A stretch of DNA of 63,883 nucleotides, the filler included, from Globobulimina sp. (Eukaryota), in assembly GCA_003354225.1 (NCBI GenBank). It is 14 parts of 14 records of this genome, joined end to end, with 100 filler letters (N's around TTAATTAATTAA, not from the genome) between each part and the next. Parts side by side here need not be neighbours in the genome. Positions count along the whole stretch, not along the records: positions 54,854 to 59,318 come from PIVH01001215.1; positions 59,419 to 63,883 come from PIVH01001216.1; 12 more parts are not named here. One strand, written 5' to 3'. Position 1 is the stretch's first letter; each line of letters opens with the position of its first letter. Of the stretch, positions 56,651 to 63,883 are shown in pieces. A program made the translations under genes and the position numbers. The notes under the pieces are model-generated. The model saw nothing but the letters and a program-made list of their open reading frames with translations, had not been told where the DNA came from and ran no database searches.

Positions 56651-59002
56651 ATGCACAAAAGTTTAATAAAAAAATTGAATGCTTGTAAGAAAAGCAAGAA
56701 TAGTATTGAAACAGGTAAATTATTGAGGAATATTTATTTTATTGATGTGGAAAAAAAAGAAAATTCAAATGTTGAAAAATCAAATAAAACTGTTGCACAT
56801 GCATTGGCATTGTATAATAAGGTAAATGTTAATGAAAGAGACAGTGATTTAATTAATACGTTGTTCAGATTGTGTTTACATTTTAGATTTAATAATATGA
56901 ATAAAATAGAATATGTTTGGAATGACATTAATAGAGAATTGGAACTGGAATACGGCAATAACTTATCATACAATTTAATAATGAAATGTTACTTAAATAG
57001 CAATGATGTCAATAAATGTGTCTTTATATTAAAATATCTAAAACATAAAAATGATAAGTTTCTATTCAATAAGAAATATTTGGAAATAATACAACTGATT
57101 ATCTCGAAATGTAATAATTCAAATCAAATGTGCGAGATTAATAATTTATTGGCAAGAGGAATAATTAAAAATAATATTTTTATTTCAAATGCATTGATGA
57201 AATCCTTTATTTATTACAAAAAATATGAAAATGCATTGGAAATCTATGAGGTTAATCAACACAATCACTTATTAGCAATTATTGCTTTTTATAATGTTTC
57301 AAGTAAAATAAATGGTGATATGCATTATAAAATATTATTATTGCCCAATTCTGAGAGTTTATTCGTGAAAACAAAATTAATTTTATTTTATTCTTCAATT
57401 GCAAAAGATATTAATTCTAATTCATGTTCAAATGCAAATGAAATATTTGAATCAATCCCATTTGAACTGAAAGATAAAATATTAATTGATTCTTTTATCA
57501 AATGTTTAATTAATCATAAAAAATATAAATATGCAGCAGAAATCTATCAAAAATATAAAATATATCATGATAATAAAATACATTTTTTAATAGCTATCCA
57601 AATCTATTTAAAGTTAAATGATGATAAACACCAAGAAATATTAAACTTAATCTTGTCAAAAGATTTTAATATTGAAATTTATAATAAATTGATTGATATT
57701 TATGGCGAATATGGTTTGATACATAAAGTGAATGAAATATTTAATTTAATTTCTGAGGAAAATAAAATTGACATTTATACAATTACAACGATGCTGAAAG
57801 TATTTGTCAATAATGATTTAAATGAGGCTGCTTTGCAAATCTATGATGCAAATATTGATATTTGTAACACAACTTCGACTCATATTGTTTCACATGTATT
57901 TGCCATTAAAGCTTGCATAAAAACGGATAACTTTGAAAAAGGAAAAGAAATAATAAATAATAATAATAAGATTGTAAATGAAAATAATAGGATATTAATT
58001 GAGTTTTATGCCCATTTTGGTGAAATATTATTTGCAGAAAATGTATTTGACGCAGGAAATATTAATATTGTGACAATAACCACTCTGTTTAATGGGTATA
58101 TCAATAATAAGTTAAATGAAAAAGCATTGAAATTGTATAATAAATATAAATGTAAATATATGGAACAAGAATCATTGCATTCATTAGCCATGAAATTATA
58201 TGCAAATAATTTGGAAAATATTGATTATGCACTGGACATATTTAATAATATAAGTTCAAAAACAAAAATAAGTATTAATACATTGATGAACATCTATTTA
58301 AATCGGAACAATAATATTGATATTTATAATTTATTTGAGAAATACAAAAATAATTTAAATTGTATTGATCTTAAAACATATATTATTGTATTAAAAGGCT
58401 GCGAAAACGGGACATTATTATATTGTGCCGAAAAAATGCATAAAATGTTGGATGAAAAGGATTTGATTTCAAATAATATTGAAATACAAGTTTGCTTAAT
58501 AGATATTTATGGCAAATGCGGAATGTTAAATATTTGCAATCAGATATTCAATAATTCAAAGTTTAAAAATAATAAAATTTCAATTTTCAATTCTATGATA
58601 AATGCATTTGCGCGAAACGGGGAAATTAATAAATTAAAACAAATATATTTGGATAATAAACTGATTCCCGATCGTCAAACATTTATATATTGTTTAAATG
58701 GATGCAGTCACTCTGGAAATCTTCAATATGCCATAAATATTTGGCACAACGAAATAAATGACAAACAAATAAAATACAATACATTTGTTATTAGCTCATT
58801 TATTGATTGTTTGTCGAGATATGGCGAAAATGATAAAGCATTTCAAATATATTTACAATATAAAGAATTCCATAAAGGTAAAATACATAAAAATGATAAA
58901 ATATTATTATTAGCACTGTTAAATGGATGCAAAACATATAATCATCCGGAGTTAGCAGGCATTGTTTACAAAGAAATGCTGAAAATAACACAATCGGATT
59001 AA
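56651..59002 (+). CDS. Pentatricopeptide-repeat protein, PLS-like with E-motif-like end, no DYW domain
   Basis: NKLIDIYGEYG, CLIDIYGKCG, FNSMINAFARNG, PDRQTFIYCLNGCSHSG, FIDCLSRYG, LLALLNGCKTY. Confidence 0.85.
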   Translation: MHKSLIKKLNACKKSKNSIETGKLLRNIYFIDVEKKENSNVEKSNKTVAHALALYNKVNVNERDSDLINTLFRLCLHFRFNNMNKIEYVWNDINRELELEYGNNLSYNLIMKCYLNSNDVNKCVFILKYLKHKNDKFLFNKKYLEIIQLIISKCNNSNQMCEINNLLARGIIKNNIFISNALMKSFIYYKKYENALEIYEVNQHNHLLAIIAFYNVSSKINGDMHYKILLLPNSESLFVKTKLILFYSSIAKDINSNSCSNANEIFESIPFELKDKILIDSFIKCLINHKKYKYAAEIYQKYKIYHDNKIHFLIAIQIYLKLNDDKHQEILNLILSKDFNIEIYNKLIDIYGEYGLIHKVNEIFNLISEENKIDIYTITTMLKVFVNNDLNEAALQIYDANIDICNTTSTHIVSHVFAIKACIKTDNFEKGKEIINNNNKIVNENNRILIEFYAHFGEILFAENVFDAGNINIVTITTLFNGYINNKLNEKALKLYNKYKCKYMEQESLHSLAMKLYANNLENIDYALDIFNNISSKTKISINTLMNIYLNRNNNIDIYNLFEKYKNNLNCIDLKTYIIVLKGCENGTLLYCAEKMHKMLDEKDLISNNIEIQVCLIDIYGKCGMLNICNQIFNNSKFKNNKISIFNSMINAFARNGEINKLKQIYLDNKLIPDRQTFIYCLNGCSHSGNLQYAINIWHNEINDKQIKYNTFVISSFIDCLSRYGENDKAFQIYLQYKEFHKGKIHKNDKILLLALLNGCKTYNHPELAGIVYKEMLKITQSD

Positions 59003-59418
59003 GGTGACAACTCTGACAATTTATTTAAGAAACGAGAAAGAATGGGTCAAAACAGCATATAACCAAAACGTCACCAAATCATTAACACACATTATTCATT
59101 TTTAACCAATCAATCAGTGTACAAAGATTTTAAATTGCGAGATGTTAAAGAGGTAATTAGTGACTTTGCTTTGAAGGTAATAAATAATGATTCATCTTGT
59201 CAAATCTCGCGAAAATATGACTGCTAGAATTGTCTTAACAATTATGTAATATTATATATTTGGAATTTGATCGAACGTCTTGCCACTATGTTCAAAATAT
59301 GCTGTTTGACAAGTGTACNNNNNNNNNNNNNNNNNNNNNNNNNNNNNNNNNNNNNNNNNNNNTTAATTAATTAANNNNNNNNNNNNNNNNNNNNNNNNNN
59401 NNNNNNNNNNNNNNNNNN

Positions 59419-59970
59419 TGCCATGTACCCACAGAAATAATACAAACTGTTTATAAATTTTATCCAAAATTGTTAAAATTCGAAACGAATGATAGTAGCA
59501 CCAAATTTAAAATTTCAAAGAATGGGTTAACCTGCAAAGGCATTTCAAGAACAGTAACATCCCATTTGATATATGCTCAGCAAATGTGCTATGGATGCAT
59601 AGGAATTCATTTTTGGTCAATAAAAAATCTATGTCAATGGAGTGTAGTGGTCATGTTCTATACGCATAGTATCGGAGTAAGAACAAAACAATCCATACCG
59701 TTGAGTATCATCAATGGTTTAAATTCCAGTGATAAATATGCTTTATATTATGATTCCAGTGAGGCAGCAAAATGGCCCATGAACTCTGTATTAACAATAA
59801 AACTAAATTATAAGGATTGCACTGTGAAATGGTATAAGGATTTAACCCAAGTTTGGAAACGTCGGATTAAAAGGAAAAAAAAATACTATTTTGCTGCTGT
59901 TCTAACTGCACTTAAAAGGTCGCGCTTTCAAATTGTTGAAACACCAAAAGAATTGATGTGCGGCTTGTGA
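59419..59970 (+). CDS. SPRY/B30.2-like protein, 5'-partial
   Basis: VPTEIIQTVYKFY, GIHFWSIK, SIGV, WPMNSVLTIKLNYKDCTVKWYKD, YYFA. Confidence 0.65.
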   Translation, partial: CHVPTEIIQTVYKFYPKLLKFETNDSSTKFKISKNGLTCKGISRTVTSHLIYAQQMCYGCIGIHFWSIKNLCQWSVVVMFYTHSIGVRTKQSIPLSIINGLNSSDKYALYYDSSEAAKWPMNSVLTIKLNYKDCTVKWYKDLTQVWKRRIKRKKKYYFAAVLTALKRSRFQIVETPKELMCGL

Positions 59971-60026
59971 TATTTTTTAAGGCTTTTCTCACAGCTTTTT
60001 GAGTCAACTAACTGGAGTACCAAACA

Positions 60027-63000
60027 ATGGCAGGGTTTACCAGTTTCCCTTGTGGTGATCTAGAGAAATTTGTATTGTCTTCAAACAGACGAAAATTACT
60101 TCAAATCGAACGAGAGGATGACACGAAACAAGATCCCGATGCAGCATCACGCGCAGTATCATCATCATCATTATTATATGGTTGCAACGAACATACTCGA
60201 TATTATTTACAACAAATTGAGAATGAACTTACGTCCATTTTAGTGCAATACAACGATGCAAATGGTTTAGATAACTTATCAGATGATGATAGAAATGGAA
60301 TTAAGTCGTTATTGAGAGAGGCACAGACAGTCATTGGTAAATACAAAAAAAATAAAACTAAATCCAATGATGTGTCCGTATTGAATTTTCGACATAAATT
60401 AAGAACATTATTTTTATCGCCATTCGTTCGCATTGATGAAGAAAGCAAAGACGATAAAGAGCAGAAAGAAGAGAAAGAAGAGGATATTTATGATATATTA
60501 ATTAATAAAATCGGCGTCGAATTTAATTATTCCAAACCAAGCGATGTCGCGGTTGGTGATGATGGCGATGAAAATGAGGAAAAAATATCACATACTATGC
60601 CTATATTCAATGTGGAGGATAAAGTGAAGGAACAATTTGCTGAATGTAAGGAGCGTGGTGATATTACAACGTATGAATATTTATTTTGTGTTGCTATAAA
60701 TTGCATATTTTAATTCCATATTTTTTACACTCACAGACGCTTTACTAAAGCAGCAGTTCCATTATTACTCAAACAAGATTTTAGTAATTATGCCAATGGC
60801 ATATTGGATTTGCGTGGTTTCTCTAAAAACGTATTATCGATATCAGACAAAGCGGATTTGGCCATAACATTGATGGAACAGAATAAGTCCGTCTCATTTG
60901 ATAATATCTGTAATTATTTTACTTTCACCAAAGAGCAATTACTTACATTGGCCGCACAGGCACCAAATTTATGGAGCAATCAACAATTTTTATTCCTGTA
61001 TATGGAGAAATTATTTCCCACACAAATATCTTTTTATTTTAGTCGCTATGATAATATCTCGCAACATTATACGCAACATTGTGAATTTGAAGATTTTTTA
61101 CCGCGGGATTTGGCCATGAAGTGTTATGATATTTTATTAGAGTTTGCAACGACTAACAAAGAGGCAAAGTTGTCCTCGGTTAGAAAAGCCTGCATTATGT
61201 ACAATTATATGCAGTTTCGACTGAAACATTATAAGGAATACAATTTCGAGGTATTTATGGAATATCTTAAACTGCCCAAGAAATGCCAATATAATGCCGA
61301 AATGCGACATGATGTAATCAGTAAATATAAGAGTACCAAAACCGGTGGGAATGAGGAAGACGACGACGAGGAGGAACATAAAGATTACAGTGAAGCATAT
61401 GATGATGATGAGATATATAAGAATGCATTTAATATTTATACCGATGGTGTTCATGGACCAGAAAATGTCATTTCATTATTTAATGATAAATGGAGAATGA
61501 GTTATATTGCCAGTTTGGAATACGACTTAATTCGCAAATATGTCTTGCATTATATGCACGGAGATAATTGGGACACTGTCTGCAATGACAACGGTTCCAT
61601 ACAAGATGTGTTGAGTGAGTTTATGGATGACAGATTTTTAAATATATTGCGATTGCAACATATGTTATGGAGTGGCGACGGGGATAAGACTGCCACAGAA
61701 TATATGAATGAATTATGCAAATTGGTAGAAGAAGCACCAGTTATTTGTGAGTTATATTGCCCAGAAAGGAAAGGGGTATATTGCAGTGATGGCATTATCG
61801 ATGAGATGAAGAATAAGATTATGTTCGATTTTGATGCCAGTAAAAATAAAGCAAAATATGGCATAAATGATGATGAGGTTTCACTGGAATTAAATGTGAA
61901 AAATTTATTCAAGGATGGCAGCACAGAAATAATGGTGCAAATATTTGAGATGAACACGTTATCATTTTACAGGGAGAAAATGAAAGAATTTGATATTACG
62001 ATGAATTTGGACGGCTTAAATAGCAAATATCAATTTAGTATACCTGTCATTGGTGATAACGCATTGCAGTTAAATCCATACCAAATTAGAAAATATAATG
62101 TGTCATTTCCGCCTGAATTGTTACATAAACGGGGCGTCTATATTATAGATTGCATATTTTGTGGCTATCAGACACGAGCAATGATCAAAATTGGTGATAT
62201 TAAATATATTGAAAGGATTAGCAGTGCTGGACATTGCTTTAGCTTTTTTGATGAAGAAAATCAAGCAATATCTGGTCAGTGTAATATATTTATGGATGGA
62301 CATATATACAGACCAAAATTGGAGAGTTCAAATAAGATATTTCTACCATTTTCAACGAGTGACTATGGACAGACGGATCAAGCCATCATCATCCAACGAG
62401 AGGACGATCCAAATTTCAATGTATTGTCACATTTCAATCATTCAAACGAAAAGTACGAGTTTGTGAGTAATATTTATATGGATCGAGAGCAGTTATTAGA
62501 AAAACAGAGAGTTAAATTACTGATACGATCCGCTCTTTATATGCAGTCGAGATTTGATAATACAAAATGTAAAATACCCTTGAAATTATTGCAAAATGTG
62601 AAATTAGAAATTAATATTAAGACTGGTCAGGATGTGGATGTGGATAAAAGATTTGATGATTTACAATTGAATGATAATGAAGAAACTGTAAAAACATTAA
62701 CTGTGCCGACCAAAACTAGGAAAATATCCGTTAAATTAACGGGTTTTATTAAGCTCATTCATTCGACCAATGCGGGTGATGCGGGCAAACAGTTTGTATC
62801 CTTTAATAAAACATTTACAATCAATCAAATTGAAGAAACAAAGAAATTTGGCTCCTTTCATTTGAATAAATGTGAAAATGGCGATTATATGATATGTTTG
62901 TTGGGAAAGAATGGCGAAGCTATTCCAAATATTGCCTGCAATGTATACTTAACTCATCATTATTTTAAAGAGGAATTCGAATATAAATTGAAAACAGATA

Positions 63001-63883
63001 ACAATGGAAGGCTATATTTGCCACAATGTTGCAGCGATAACCATCATGGCTTCAAGGAGATAATCATTGCGCCAATCCATCAAAATGCAGTAAATATTAT
63101 CAATGGCAATGAATGGCATCTTAATGATTTTTATGAGGATATGGCAGCTGCGAATTGCGTGTATTATATGAGTGAGAATAGCCAAATTAATGTAGCATTG
63201 AATAGTAATATTAATATGGATAAAGAGTTAAACAATGAGAACTTTGCTTTGTTTGATTCTTTTTATTCTGCTCGCTATGATAAAGAATGTGTATCAGTGA
63301 CACCCGATGGATATTTGAATATTTCCAACTTAAAACATGGCGAATATGCCTTAGTTTCATTAAATGCAGATATTGCCGACATGAAAATTATTGTATCTCC
63401 GGGGAGTAAACGTGGCGAAAAGGAAACGGAAGAAGCAAAAGAGGGAAACATGAGCCCCGGTGCAAGAAAGGCAAATCTATCAATGTTATCGTTATATAAT
63501 GAATATTATATGCAATTATCACCACGTAAACCCTTACAAATATCACAAATCGAGTCGATATCGGATGGTTATAAAATAATATTGAATGGTTTTAATGAGT
63601 TAACCCGCGTTCATGTAATATTGACACATTTCTATCCCCGGTTTGCAGTGTTGCAGTACTTGCAATCTATGGATAATTCGTCATTAATCAATGGATATTT
63701 CAATGCATTGCGGGATCAATGTCAATTCACAAATAAACGAAGGATTAGCGAGGAATATCGATATTGTTTGGATAGGAAAAAAAGGCAGAAATTTTACGGC
63801 AATTCGTTAACTTCACCTTCATTTTTAGTGAAACCATTAGAACGCGGTGCTACTAACACTGGTATTCAATATGCAAAGGCTGC
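60027..63883 (+). CDS. Very large conserved hypothetical protein (recalled similarity to Dictyostelium AbpF-like and planctomycete giant proteins), 3'-partial; intron 60671-60736
   Basis: After a 66-nt GT-AG intron the frame stays open from 60737 to the window end. Motifs FMEYLKLPK, LNVKN...VQIFEMNT..FYR...MNLDGL, RGVYIID, SSAGH, SEEYRYCLDRK...GNSLTSPSFLVKP. Confidence 0.8.

Noticed and set aside
4478-59418. Regularly spaced TTAATTAATTAA motif every ~4.57 kb, and ORFs ending in X...LIN
   Set aside because: Artificial all-frame-stop linker inside N-runs. The periodicity reflects length-sorted contigs, so cross-contig gene neighbourhoods are meaningless.
60898-62466. Small ORFs listed in this interval
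   Set aside because: Off-frame or antisense shadows of the long plus-strand exon 60737-63883. The same applies to most 60-110-aa ORFs overlapping larger genes.
1-63883. Alternative genetic code or stop-codon readthrough
   Set aside because: Conserved genes translate fully with the standard code, and TAA, TAG and TGA all serve as terminators. ORF breaks are explained by introns or isolated frameshifts.

Overview
This is not one continuous locus. It is 14 unrelated, length-sorted contigs of about 4.47 kb, joined by 100-nt N/TTAATTAATTAA/N linkers: 1-4477, 4578-9054, 9155-13628, 13729-18201, 18302-22774, 22875-27347, 27448-31919, 32020-36490, 36591-41056, 41157-45622, 45723-50188, 50289-54753, 54854-59318 and 59419-63883. 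The DNA is AT-rich, gene-dense and eukaryotic nuclear. It uses the standard genetic code and has short spliceosomal introns, mostly 49-91 nt. The gene families look protist-like, and my best inference is a foraminiferan or other rhizarian (not verifiable here). Recognisable genes: SSADH, a sulfotransferase, two PPR proteins, ACL4, a 2OG-Fe(II) oxygenase, a cathepsin L-like protease, zuotin/DNAJC2, DHX16/Prp2, MFS transporters, and SPRY-, MATH-, ankyrin- and LOTUS-like proteins. Most notable: (1) a 1367-aa ORF fusing a dCache sensor with the amino-acid-binding motif to a two-pore-type channel with charge-poor S4 helices and Glu in both filters, a candidate one-piece ligand-gated Ca2+ channel; (2) a probable AT-AC intron in ACL4, plus a strong GTT/GTTAAGT donor bias; (3) a ~115-nt hairpin rich in G.U pairs; (4) a CrtC/AttH-like domain fused to a prenyl diphosphate synthase; (5) a contig with a 119-nt terminal repeat (circle or tandem unit); (6) a trefoil domain inserted inside a GH15 glucoamylase; (7) a >1200-codon gene largely missed by the ORF track. 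All family calls come from motif recognition by eye; no searches were run.
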